Shown: piece after piece, positions 11,978 to 23,770 of the stretch | Numbering within the stretch: position 1 is the stretch's first letter | Layout of the letters: each line of letters starts with the position of its first letter | Source of the DNA: Schmidtea polychroa | Lineage: Eukaryota | Reading direction: 5' to 3' | Assembly: GCA_044892525.1 (NCBI GenBank) | Contig: CM097885.1 | Span: forward strand, 47,865,727 to 47,929,726 | DNA: 64,000 bases | Notes under the pieces: model-generated | Databases searched by the model: none | What the model was told of the DNA's origin: nothing | The model's input: only the letters and a program-made list of their open reading frames with translations | Program-made: the position numbers and the translations under genes

Positions 11978-12292
11978 ATGTTTTTAACAAATAAATGTTA
12001 TTTAGTTTTCGTTATTTAGTTTTTATGATATTTTATATATTTTGATAATAGTAATAATAATAGTAATAATATTAATAGTAATAATAATAATAATAACAAC
12101 AATAGTAAAAAAAACATTAATAATAGTAAAAACATTAATAATAATGAAACACATTAATAGTAAATCTGTAAATAGAACATGTAATAATTAAAACACATAA
12201 ATAATAAATCTGTAAATAGAACATATAACAAAACATGTGACAATGCAACATCAATGCATTTTGAATGCAATTTAAACAAAGGCATGCTATAA

Positions 12293-12332
12293 TCTGATTG
12301 GTTGATAGGCATGAGTCAAAGGTATAAAAACC
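12293..12332 (+). promoter_or_regulatory. Pol II-type promoter: reverse CCAAT (GATTGG), TGAGTCA, TATAAAA
   Basis: CTGATTGGTTGATAGGCATGAGTCAAAGGTATAAAA about 35-70 nt upstream of ATG 12364; the same TGATTGGTTGATAG followed by TATAAA occurs at 13908-13930. Confidence 0.6.
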
Positions 12333-12363
12333 CTGTAACATTTAAATTTATTCATTATTCACG

Positions 12364-12774
12364 ATGACCAAGAAAATTTCAAGCACCGAAAAACCTAAAG
12401 AAATGGTACAACCAGTTCAAATGTTCCACAACTACAAAATGTATTTTTTGAAAGAAGAAATCAATATGAAATTGGTTGCACCAGTCAAGCTAATTCCAAC
12501 TAAATTTGAATTCTTATCCGGCACGCTTTCAATGATTGATGTCAAAACTATTGATGATGTTTTTAAACGGATAGATTCGAATCTATCGTGTAATCAACAT
12601 GCGTGGTTCAACAATAGATATGCAAGATTTTATGATGCTTTTGATGAAATCAGTTTCAAAGAAAATGAAAATTGGTATATAACAATTGTAATCCAGGGAT
12701 ATAAAGTTGATAATAATGATGTATATTCTCCTATTTGGAAAATTATGTCTGCTAGACTTTCACAAATATTTTAA
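12364..12774 (+). CDS. Hypothetical Maverick accessory protein
   Basis: 136 aa ORF with upstream TATA box and downstream AATAAA. Confidence 0.65.
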   Translation: MTKKISSTEKPKEMVQPVQMFHNYKMYFLKEEINMKLVAPVKLIPTKFEFLSGTLSMIDVKTIDDVFKRIDSNLSCNQHAWFNNRYARFYDAFDEISFKENENWYITIVIQGYKVDNNDVYSPIWKIMSARLSQIF

Positions 12775-12900
12775 TGTTATATTTAATAAATGTATTAGTC
12801 AGATTTGTTTTTCTCTTTATTAATTGCAACATAAATGCAAATGACATACAAATTTAACAAAGAAAATATATAAACAAACTTATAATATAGTTTTAAAGTG

Positions 12901-13262
12901 ATGAAAATGACTGCAGAAAAAGGTTAACATGATTAATTAATTACCGAATTATTTATTATTTAGAATTTTTAATAAACTTTTTGTTGGAAAAGTTAGCAGA
13001 AATATCTGGTGTGAAAATTGAGGACATATTATCTATTACAAATGCCTTAAATATCGGCTGGTTAGTTGAGAGTCAAGATACAGGATTTGATGGTGAGGAA
13101 GAAACTCAAGAAACCGATACTCAAGAAATTGATGAGGAAATCTATGAACCTATAGATGAACCTAAAGATGAATCTAAAGATAATATTACGAATGATTGTA
13201 TTGATCATGTCGTTGAAAATATAATGAAATGTGGAGATGACGACTGCGAATGTGTTAATTAA
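12901..13262 (+). CDS. Acidic hypothetical protein, 2 exons (intron 12923-12963)
   Basis: Spliced MKMTAEKEFLINFLLEKL...KCGDDDCECVN; homologous 3' end in the second element near 52945-52995. Confidence 0.65.
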
Positions 13263-13339
13263 TAAATCTTAGTTAATTAGTGTTTGTAAATTTATTTAAA
13301 ATTTTATTTAAAAAATCAAACAAAATAACTATATTAATT

Positions 13340-13854
13340 TTATTTAAAAAATCGCGATAAAACATAAAAAATAGCAACACCTGTTGCAAGTTTTACATAG
13401 TTTTTAAATTTCATTTTCTGTTAATCTATTTCCTTCGCATTTCTGGCGAGTTGATTCAGTACGCCCCATCCGCCATTGGCTTCAATCCATGGTTGAAACT
13501 TTGAATTGATTATCTAGAAAATATATATTAATAAAATATAGATTATAAAAGTATTACTTCTTGAGACCACTGATAATAATGTTCAGAGTCCCATAAACTT
13601 CTTTCGATTATTATCTTCATATAAGCGAACCCTACTAGTATTCGGGTCCACTTCATCTCCTCATCGCATAGGCAGTTAAAAATCCTATTAAAATAGAATT
13701 TCTTCGTTTCGAGGGAATCGGAATTGAGCACATCCTCATAATCAATGTGATTTCCTTCTATGATCTTTTCGGTCCGATCGACCAGGAAACTGAGGCTTTC
13801 CATAATATTCCTGTTGACGAGTTCGCTTAAAAGATTTTCCATAAAATGAGACAT
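13340..13854 (-). pseudogene. Bcl-2 family protein, 2 exons (intron 13514-13557), in-frame TAA at 13421 before the membrane anchor
   Basis: BH1-like LCDEEMKWTRILVGFAY; BH2 FQPWIEANGGW in exon 2; tail LATGVAIFYVLSRFFK. Confidence 0.85.
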
Positions 13855-13959
13855 TTTTACAATAATTTAAAATATGATGTTTTATTTATACTAATACTGT
13901 ATGATTTTGATTGGTTGATAGACTATAAATGTAAAAGAAAGGTTTTGATTTGATACACC

Positions 13960-14460
13960 ATGAAAACTCTATTCATATTGCTAATTATTATAACGAGTGT
14001 GTGCTCACACAATGCAACAATAACAGTGGAGTCTTTTAATAAATCAATATGTGTTTGTCCGAATACAGCCAAGTTGATGGATATTTTATATATTCTCGAC
14101 AAACCAAAATGGTCAAAGCATCCAGGAAAAAGAATATCTCAAAGATTGGAGAATTTAGAAAACAGTTATGAGCTATCATTTGAATACATACAAAATATAA
14201 AAATTAAATTGATTGATCATATTGAGGTTTTCAATAACTCTATTGTTGAAAATAAAAAGAATATGAAAATTATTGATAAGAAGCATCATTATTTATTAAA
14301 AAAGATTGAATTATTATTAAGAGAAATTCAAACAATCAAAGGATCAATAGAATATCTGAAAATCAATTCAACGTTACCAATTTCAAACAATATTGCTGCG
14401 AATAGTAGTACATCAATATTTAGTTTACCTTTGTTAATTTTACATTATTTAATTGTTTAA
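13960..14460 (+). CDS. Putative secreted or GPI-anchored coiled-coil glycoprotein
   Basis: Signal-peptide-like MKTLFILLIIITSVCS, several N-x-S/T sequons, heptad-like middle, hydrophobic C-terminus IFSLPLLILHYLIV. Confidence 0.7.
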   Translation: MKTLFILLIIITSVCSHNATITVESFNKSICVCPNTAKLMDILYILDKPKWSKHPGKRISQRLENLENSYELSFEYIQNIKIKLIDHIEVFNNSIVENKKNMKIIDKKHHYLLKKIELLLREIQTIKGSIEYLKINSTLPISNNIAANSSTSIFSLPLLILHYLIV

Positions 14461-14600
14461 ATAAATGTATGTTTTGTTGATTTGTTGATTTGTGAGTTGT
14501 TGAGCGTGACCAGTACCCTTGTGAGCATTACCCATAGGGGGACAAAATATTTTGTCGGATAGACTCGGAGTATATAGACTCGGTGGATATAGATTAATAC

Positions 14601-14770
<170 letters not shown>

Positions 14771-14908
14771 CGATATATAGCTCATTCGAAAGGTCTTGGA
14801 TTGAGCTTTAAAATGAGCTATCGATTATTAATTTTCGTTGACGGGAACTTTGAAAAAATTAAAAATAAAATAATAATATTTTTTAAAAATAATAATAAAA
14901 ATAATAAT

Positions 14909-16105
14909 ATGACCTTGATGACTCATCGCGATGACTCATCTGACCTTGGGAATGACCTTGGATGAGTCATGCGTCCTTGAAAATGACCTTGATGACTCAT
15001 ATGATGACTCAGGTGACCTTGAAAATGACCTTGAAAATTGTTGATGAGTCATGGTATGAGTCATATGACCTTGAGAATGCCCTTGAAAAATTTTGATGAG
15101 TCATAGTATGAGTCATATGACCTTGAGAATGACCTTGAATGAGTCACATAACCTTGAAAATGACCTTGGATGAGTCATACGACCTTGAGAATGACCTTGA
15201 ATGAGTCATGGTCTTTGTTTAAATGACCTTGAAATTTTTTATGACTCGTCGGATGAGTCATATGACCTTGAAAATGACCTTGGTGAGTCATAGTATGAGT
15301 CATATGGCCTTGGGAATGACCTTGGATGAGTCATGCTACCTTGAAAATGACCTTGATGACTCATATGATGACTCGGATGACCTTGAAAATGACCTTGAAA
15401 ATTTTTGGTGAGTCATGGTATGAGTCATATGACCTTGAAAATGACCTTGAAAAGTTTTGATGAGCCATAGTATGAGTCATATGACCTTGGGTGAGTCATA
15501 TGACCTTGAAAATGACCTTGGATGAGTCATAGGACCTTGAAAATGACCTTGGTGAGTCATAGTATGAGTCATATGGCCTTGGGAATGACCTTGGATGAGT
15601 CATGCTACCTTGAAAATGACCTTGATGACTCATATGATGACTCGGATGACCTTGAAAATGGCCTTGAAAATTTTTGGTGAGTCATGGTATGAGTCATATG
15701 ACCTTGAAAATGACCTTGAAAAGTTTTGATGAGCCATAGTATGAGTCATATGACCTTGGGTGAGTCATATGACCTTGAAAATGACCTTGGATGAGTCATA
15801 GGACCTTGAGAATGACCCTGAATGAATCATGGTCTTTGTTTAAATGACCTTGAAAAATTTTGACGAGTCATAGTATGAGTCATATGACCTTGAGAATGAC
15901 CTTGAATGAGTCATGGTCTTTGTTTAAATGACCTTGAAATTTTTATGTCTCGTCGGATGAGTCATATGACCTTGAAAATGCCCTTGATGAGTCATGGTCT
16001 TTGTTTAAATGACCTTGAGAAATTTGATGAGTCATCGGATTAGTCATGGTCTTTGTTTAAATGACCTTGATGAGTCATATGTCTTTGTTTTAATTTGACC
16101 TTGAA
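14909..16105. repeat. Subterminal tandem array of ATGAGTCAT and TGACCTTGA motifs with a ~269 bp higher-order duplication
   Basis: Dozens of copies of both motifs; block at 15281 recurs at 15550. Confidence 0.95.
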
Positions 16106-16399
16106 AAAAAATGTACTTTTAGACTTAGAACTTTTAAAAATTTTACGACCGGGGGGGGGGGGGTACTGTGCTAGCGGTGCCCTGTGCCAGCGGTGCCCAA
16201 TCCATCTACTGCCGAAAAAAATTTTTCCTGCGGCGCTATGGTGCTCCGCACCTACTTTACTTGTGTATGCAGTATAAGGGGCATCTATGACTCATTGCAT
16301 AGGGGCCCAAAATTTCTAGCTACTCCACTGGTATTTTAAAGAAGAACTTTTTCATTTTATTGCATTCATAAAAGAATAAAACGTCACCAATCCTTTTAA

Positions 16400-16675
16400 A
16401 ATGTAAAAAATTATTAATTGGAGGTTTGAAATCTACGTTTCCGAACGTGGAAACAATTCTAAAAATCTTTTTGACAATACCAATTTGTACGCCAGTGCCG
16501 AATGTTCATTTTCTGTTCTAAAAAGAGTTAAAAATTATTTTAGAAATTCGTTGACTCGGACTCATTTAAGTCATTTGTCAATGATGTTGTTCAAAACGAT
16601 ATAGTTCAATCTTTAAAGTACGAATCTATTATTGATAAATTCACTCAACTTAAAGCGAGAAGATTTCAACTTTAA
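16400..16675 (+). pseudogene. hAT transposase C-terminal dimerisation-domain remnant
   Basis: FPNVETILKIFLTIP, ASAECSFSVLKRVKNY, IDKFTQLKARR across frameshifts. Confidence 0.75.
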
Positions 16676-16710
16676 AATTGTATGTACATTATATGCAGTG
16701 GCGTAGTGAG

Positions 16711-17046
16711 CAATGTTCCCTCTAAGCCATAAGCAGCAGTGCGCGCAAAGTCAGCTGCGCTGAGCAGCCTTTAAATACAAATGAGCGTCAAAATGCTATA
16801 ACGTGGTTGTAAGAGTTTTAAAACGACACTGTATTCTATAACTGTAGCGACTATATTGAAAACTAAGTAGATAACCGGTCTTCGCTACTGGTGGTCCATT
16901 TACATCGACAATTTCCGTGTGCTTTTTACTAGGAACAACTGCCATGAAACGGTTGAATTAAATATACTACGCTGAAAATAATTTTGCTGCGCTGGGGATT
17001 TGGAGGTGCTGCGAGCCTACACGCGCGCAGCTTAGAGGGAACGTTG
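16711..17046. mobile_element. hAT MITE
   Basis: TIR CAATGTTCCCTCTAAG / CTTAGAGGGAACGTTG; perfect 8 bp TSD GTAGTGAG. Confidence 0.92.
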
Positions 17047-17950
17047 GTAGTGAGGCAAAGTGCCGTCCTTGTCCATTTTTATCTGGTTACTTGAGTTTTT
17101 ATTTTGAATTTTTGGCTAACTATTTTGGGCTATTGTGTACATAATATGCACTGTAAAAACTGTACCAATTAATGCAATTTTATTGAAATTTGCATTTAAT
17201 AAAAAACCTATAAAAATGTGAATGTTATCCTTTAGACTACTTTAACTTAGTCTTAAACTAGTACTTATAAGGACTAATAAGGAGCAGACTGGTAACGAAT
17301 TAAAAAGTCTTAAACAATATTATTTCACTGACTCTTACTAGAGTTATCAGACTAAACTAAAAAGCCTAGACGTTATCATAAATGTTCGTATGCTCTAATG
17401 CAGAATATGCTGTATCGATATTTATTAGCCCATCATTTTTTGAAAGCAAAGTAAAAACTAATAGTATAATCTTCATTAATGTAATTTAATTTAACATCAT
17501 ATCAACAGTCAAGTTTGAAAAATTTTGAATTTTCCAATCACTACTTTGCTTAACTGTTCGTTGCACAGCTTGTGACTTCCCAAGTGGACTTTCAAACTTC
17601 TCATCCATATAAAATATTTTGTTACCCCGATTACAACAGAATGGTATCTTTCTTGTGAGAATTTTCATATGGCGCTTCACAGTACTAGTTTGTTTAAAGT
17701 GCTTGTGCCTTGCTGTACTGATTCCCATTATAAATTTGTGTCATTCAAGTGAATTTTTATTTTTTTATTTGTTAAATTTTAACTTTAAATTAGTTACAAT
17801 TTAACAAATCAAAAATAGAAAATCACATAAATGACACAAAATTATAATATCAACTAATTAACAATATTATATATAATGATTGTTATATGCAAATCTTAGG
17901 AAAATCATGAGATAACTTCTTCATTTTCATGTTGTAGGAAAGCTCTATAT

Positions 17951-18916
17951 TCAGGGTCTAGTACAAAAACCTGCCGAATAAAGATCTGTGAGTAAAATTT
18001 TCCAGTATACCTTTCCCACACACGGTACGGATCCATCAACTAAACGCAATACAGACACAAATGGTGCACAAATCCAAGTCAAATGTAACAGAAGATCCCA
18101 AAATTGGTTGTTAAGTATGATTTCCGTCACAGACTTTCCCCTTTCAGCATACTTTGGTCCCGACACCCACTTCTCGTAATCGAGATCCATGACAGTTTCT
18201 TGCAAAGCATATTTCGTTTCATATAAACGTTGTATCTTTTTAAAATAACCAAAAAAGCGTGTTTCACCAGGTTTCAGCAATTCCAGAGTGAAATGTGCCC
18301 GAAAGAATGTTAGTCCAACCATCACTGACCAAGGTTCCGCCAAGAGAGGACATGTGTAATTTGTAGTCAGAAAGTTTTAGTTCAACTCGTGAAACCTCCG
18401 CGACTAGCAACTTCTCTGATATTGTTGTCCGATTGGGAGCTTGGTCCACACTTGGAAAAAGCTTCAATAGCCTCTTTCAAATATTTGCTTTCTGCAACGA
18501 CAAATGGAATACCGTTTGCAAAAAATAGACGCGCAATTGCGGAATTGGCCAGCTCTTTTGACTTACTCGTCCTCATCATGTCAGTCAAACACATTTGTTT
18601 TGAACTTGAAGTGTGTGTGTGTCTGATCTTGCAGCACGTATTGTCGCTTGGTCCAACGCTTCTCGCTTTCTTTTCATTGCATCTTGGTTCGCCCTTTCAA
18701 TATTATTCTCTTTAATCATATTTTTATATCGGCCGGCACTTTTTCACATGATTTTATATTGATATCGTCTCCTGCAAGATGATCTTTAATACGGATTATT
18801 CTACCAGAATAAACTTTGTCACAGTAAATGCATTTCAATTTGGCAAATTCAGATTTTTTTTCTCTCTTGTTTATCACAGTAACATGAATCCATTCCGTAC
18901 TCCTTTCTTTTCGCAT
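17951..18916 (-). pseudogene. hAT transposase (BED finger plus DUF659-type), frameshifted
   Basis: CIYCDK...RIKDHL, IARLFFANGIPF, LVSDGWTN, VLRLVDG. Confidence 0.85.
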
Positions 18917-20092
18917 TTGGGATAAAGAGATATGTTTTTTATTATAATTGATTTATCGGAATATAATCGAAATCTCTAGAAAAATAAAATTTATTAAATA
19001 AAATTTTAACCAAAATGGTTGCATTTTGAAAAAACGTCTTTTTAAAAACTGATGAATGCATCCAAGTTGATACAGATCGACCACAATTTTGTTATTTTTG
19101 AACAAAATTATTAATTAACCATTTTTTTTATAAATCTTATTTTTTGTGGGCCACTTCAGTATGGAAGAGTTTTTTACTTATAAACAGAAAGTTACGCAAT
19201 ATATATAAGAAAATAACACGAGAGAATTACGTTAAAATTTTTATTAGCTATTAAACGATTTAATAGGAAAAAATAGCATTTTAAAATCCTAAGTTCTAAA
19301 AAAATTATATCTGTATCAGATAATATGTCAACTAAGTTTGTGAATACTGTAAAAATTATATAGGGTGGAGGGTTGAAAGAAAGAGAAACAAGAGAGATTG
19401 GATGGAATGTGAATCTGCCTAGCGCGCAGTAAAGGCCTAACGTCCCTTCCATTCCAACGTCACCAGTAGATGAACTTGGATGTAGTACTACACACTAAGT
19501 ATATAGGTTTAGAAAACCAATGGAGGCTCGTGAGAGTCTAAAGGGTTCGTCGTTACATAACACGCACACAGCACACAACTAGCACATTTGGATCTAATTT
19601 CGGAATTAGATGTAATTGAAATCCAACGAGGTAAATTTTGAAATTTTTATCGGTAAATTTTTGATTAAATAAATTATTGAAACAAGAGACTTTTGTTCTG
19701 AATTTATCTAATATACTAACCAGTACAAGTTGATATTTCAAATCATTTTTGAGAACTCAACACTTTGATGGAAACCATGAGAAAATATGGAAGTTCATTT
19801 AGAAAAGTTCAAAACCCTTATGGAGAGAGCAAGATAAAAACTAGTAGGCTGTTGCGGTTATTTTTTGTGAACAGTTTACTTAGCACCTCATGCTAATGCT
19901 AGCCCTGGTTCGATTTCTATTCCTCTGACTCAGTTATTTTGGATATTGTTAAATTGACAAATATGCAAGCCCCTCATATTTACAAACTGAAAATATATTA
20001 CTAAAAAGTGGATTCAATTCAAATGGAAATGTTAATTGGATAGCTTCTCATAGTCGGTAATATAAAAATGAAAAATACAAATACCAAAAGAT

Positions 20093-20337
20093 TAAGGTGA
20101 CCAGATTTTTAGATGGGCAAAACGGGACAATTTTGAAGGGACAATTTTTGAAAAATTTTCATATAGAATAAAAATAATATGGTAATATTTTTTGATTTTT
20201 AACATAAGTACAATATTATAAATATAAAAAATTGTATAATATTTTATTCCTTGACATATTTGTTATTCATTTTGACGCGGGATAAATCGTGAAAAATCGG
20301 GACTGTCCCTCCGAAAGCGGGACGTCTGGTCACCTTA
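20093..20337. mobile_element. hAT (Blackjack-like) MITE
   Basis: TIR TAAGGTGACCAGA / TCTGGTCACCTTA; imperfect TSD CAAAAGAT/CAAAAGTA. Confidence 0.8.
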
Positions 20338-20568
20338 CAAAAGTAATCTCTACGTGCACTATACCCAGAGCTACATTGAATCATGATTGTTTTATTCAAT
20401 TGTTAAAATTCATGAAATGTTATGATAAATCCCCGAGGTCAAAAAGTCGGGACCGGTATAAACTAGCCCCAATAAAAGATGTGTGAGAATTCATACATCA
20501 GAATCTTAGAAAGTAATATATTCCTGGTGAATCTGTTACAGTTGAGGAGCAAGTGATAGTATTTAGAG

Positions 20569-20922
20569 CAGTGTTTCTCAAACTTTTCTAGCTCACGGCA
20601 CACTAAAATTTTTAAAAAGCTCGCGGCACACCTGCCCAAAAATCAAATATTTTTACAATTTTTTTTTCCAATGATATATAAAAAAGCTATTTTTAGTCCA
20701 TACTAATTAGATATGATTACGAGAGATTTTTATAAGGTAATAAAGACAATTTTTTTGTAATTTTGATCCACAGAAGCGACTTTTTCATAGTAAAAAACTT
20801 GATGTAGTTTTTGTAAATTTTTTATTACCAACTTTTTTGAGAAAAAAAGTCTCGCGGCACACCTGGTTTAACCTCACGGCACACCTGGTTCAACCTCACG
20901 GCACACCGTTTGGGAAACACTG
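20569..20922. mobile_element. hAT (Charlie-like) MITE
   Basis: TIR CAGTGTTTCTCAAAC / GTTTGGGAAACACTG; perfect TSD ATTTAGAG. Confidence 0.93.
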
Positions 20923-21626
20923 ATTTAGAGGATGCTTCTCATTCAAATAATTTCCTCAAAGTCTGTCAAATACGGACTAAAAATATTTTATATGAATGAC
21001 TCTTCAACCAGATATTCGCTTAGTAGTCTTATTTGGGAAAGGAAAACTGTGAAAGAGCACTATCAAATATTGGAAAGAATAGATGAACAACTATGCACCC
21101 AATATTTCAATACTAGGCGAAATGTTACAATTGAAAAATTTTTCATCGATGCAACTAGCACTAAAGTTAAAAAATCAGTTGTCTCATAGTTGTTGCTACT
21201 GTGTGTAAAAATAGGTCATATATTTCTAAGAACTTCTTGCTAGACAAAACTCGTTGCAAATTCTCTTCTGTATTCAAATTTTAGCAAAAATTTACATTTA
21301 GTTTTATATACACCATAAACTGTAAAACCGTTACTCTGCTCTCAAATGTGCATCATAATAAGACATAGCTTAATATACACGAGAAACCAAATCATGGACG
21401 AATCTAGTGTTGGGCTTTAAATAAGAAATAGAGAATATAACCTAATTAATGATATAAATAAAGAGAAAAAGAGAACCATAAGAAACAACCAAAAAATACA
21501 ACAAATACCAAAAATAATGTAAAAATAAAATAATAAAGAATAGGAACAGAAAACATAAAATTAAATAACAAAACAAAAATAAACTATTTTAAAACGTCAA
21601 CGACCGATAAAAAGACACGAAAGAGG

Positions 21627-22320
21627 CAGTGGCGTCGCTGGGGTTGGTGTCACCCAGTGCGGTAAACTTTTGGTGTCACCCCTCTAGACTTGAATCACCA
21701 TGGTCTTCCAAGTGTTCCTGTACTAGACCATATATAATCATTATAATGGAATATAGTAATGTTTGTAAAATAAGGGAAAAAGAAAACAAATTCAAATTGA
21801 CAATATAACTTTACTACTTCAGGTAAACCAAGTTAAGTTATTGTTATTTAACATTAATGTCATTAAACTTTATTTTATTTAAAAGTTTCCCTTTCTGATC
21901 TTCAAGGCTGCAAATCTGTCAATCACACTATCAAAATTAATATCTTTCATAATATCACTTTCAATTGATAATAGAGCCAGATTAGAAAGTCTTGAATGTC
22001 CCATGGTTGAGTGTAAATAATTCTTTATGAGTTTCAGTTTTGAAAACCTCCTCTTACATGAAGCAACAGACACAAAAATCATAAGAAAGAGTTGTAGGCT
22101 CAGTGAGAGTATTGGGAGAGATTCAAGAAAGTCCAATTCAGCTATGAATTTCAGAACATAAAAAATTACCCAGTCTTTGGCTTTTTGTAAATCAATATCT
22201 GCTGCCTTTATATGTCTTCTCAGCTTTGGTATTTTCTTTAAAAGCTCATCTTTGGATACCTCATCATAGAAAGTGGTCAATTTGGTAACTGACACCAGCA
22301 TGAGAAAATAACTTCGATAA
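21627..22320 (-). mobile_element. hAT element 3' end with transposase dimerisation-domain remnant
   Basis: SVASCKRRFSKLKLIKNYLHSTM..RLSNLALLSIE; terminus CAGTGGCGTCGC at 21627. Confidence 0.8.
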
Positions 22321-23770
22321 AATCTTGAACACTTTGATGTCGCCACCACCGACGGGTGCAATAAAAAATCTGTCTTCATAAGGATGACGTGAGGAAAGCC
22401 ACTGGGTAGGAACATGGTTAGATTAACGATGACATGAAATCGCCTCAGGGTAGATAATTCCGTAATCTAAGTACGGGAAACCTGAGTGTGAAATCGTCAT
22501 ATCATTACTACCCGAATTCTAATTAGAATGGGTGATAGCACATGCACTTTAGATACGGAGTTATTATCAGTCGAACTAGACCACTCTATTGAGATCATTG
22601 CTAATGATTAAATCTACAAATTCGCGTGAGAATCACTCATTTGATTACGTTAAATTATCAATTTAGGATAATGCAACTTATGTTCATAACACCCCGGGAG
22701 CTATTTTAGAATACAACTTTATCGATAAGGTGTCCGAACAACATGAGGTCCAGCCATAGTGCGAATCGCCATTCACAACTAATTATCTCCATAAATCAAT
22801 TTTAATTAAAGTAAATAGATATCAACTACTACAATTACAGATTATGTTAACTAAAGAAACTATTTTAATTAATGACATTTGGGATATATTCGCCAACAAA
22901 TCCATTTACGGCCCATTTTAATTAAATAAATCCCTTACTACCGCTAATTAACTACTTCACGAGTGATTTCGACTAAGCATGGGCGCGTATTGTTTACTTG
23001 AGTAAGCTTAACAATTGTTTTGACGAATTATGTACATGAGGTACTTAAGTGAAACCACAAATAACTTTGATATGCTCATATTTATTTACTTGCTAAATTT
23101 TGTTAACTTGCTCAAATTAATGTTGTCAACATTGTGAGCTTTCTTCTGCTTGAATTTATGATGAAAACGATTTTTTTCTATTATTTTCTTTTCTCTAACG
23201 ATCACGGTGGATGACAAAATATTCTGTAGTACTGACATAAATCTGTTTATAGTTTCGAGATTAATGCCGCTTCTTGTATGTTGTAGAAAATTTCCAAGAA
23301 TACTGCGACTTCAATGACCCTCCGTCCATCGTTTCTGTTTGGTTTAGAATGAGTATGTATGTTGACCTAGTCGACAACTCAACACTAGTATAGAATATAA
23401 ATTAAATAAAATTCAATCAAATCGAAAAACCTAAAACTATAATGAAAATAATAATAATATACATTATGAAAAATTGAACACAATAATAAATTTTATTAAA
23501 AAAACTGGATAAAATGTGATCCAGTGAGTGAACTAGTGCTTGCTGATGGAATAAAATAGGAGACTCAACCAATATAAATATGCGAAACGATCAACTATAT
23601 TTATTATATATTAATCTCAAATTCTAAATGCTTAAAGATGTTTTCGATAAATGTTATCGGATAAATCTTTTGGAAATAATGAAAAAAATCCTTTTGATTT
23701 TCAGAAACTTTTTTCTAGAAATAAGCTTTTAAATATCTACTGAAAGGAGATAGAAAAATTTTTATATCAA

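Larger units (their letters stand above)
19940..21390 (+). pseudogene. piggyBac transposase remnant interrupted by two MITEs
   Basis: KLAPIKDV, YIPGESVTVEEQVIVFR, KYGLKIF, RNVTIEKFF resemble piggyBac DDD core motifs. Confidence 0.75.

Noticed and set aside
718..13423. Five in-frame TAA/TAG stops (718, 2282, 8208, 11132, 13421) suggesting stop-codon reassignment or readthrough
   Set aside because: Gln is normally CAA/CAG here, TAA ends MCP, penton and host DDX5, and true frameshifts also occur; simple mutational decay explains it
14909..16105. CRISPR-like array
   Set aside because: No unique spacers, no cas genes, eukaryotic context
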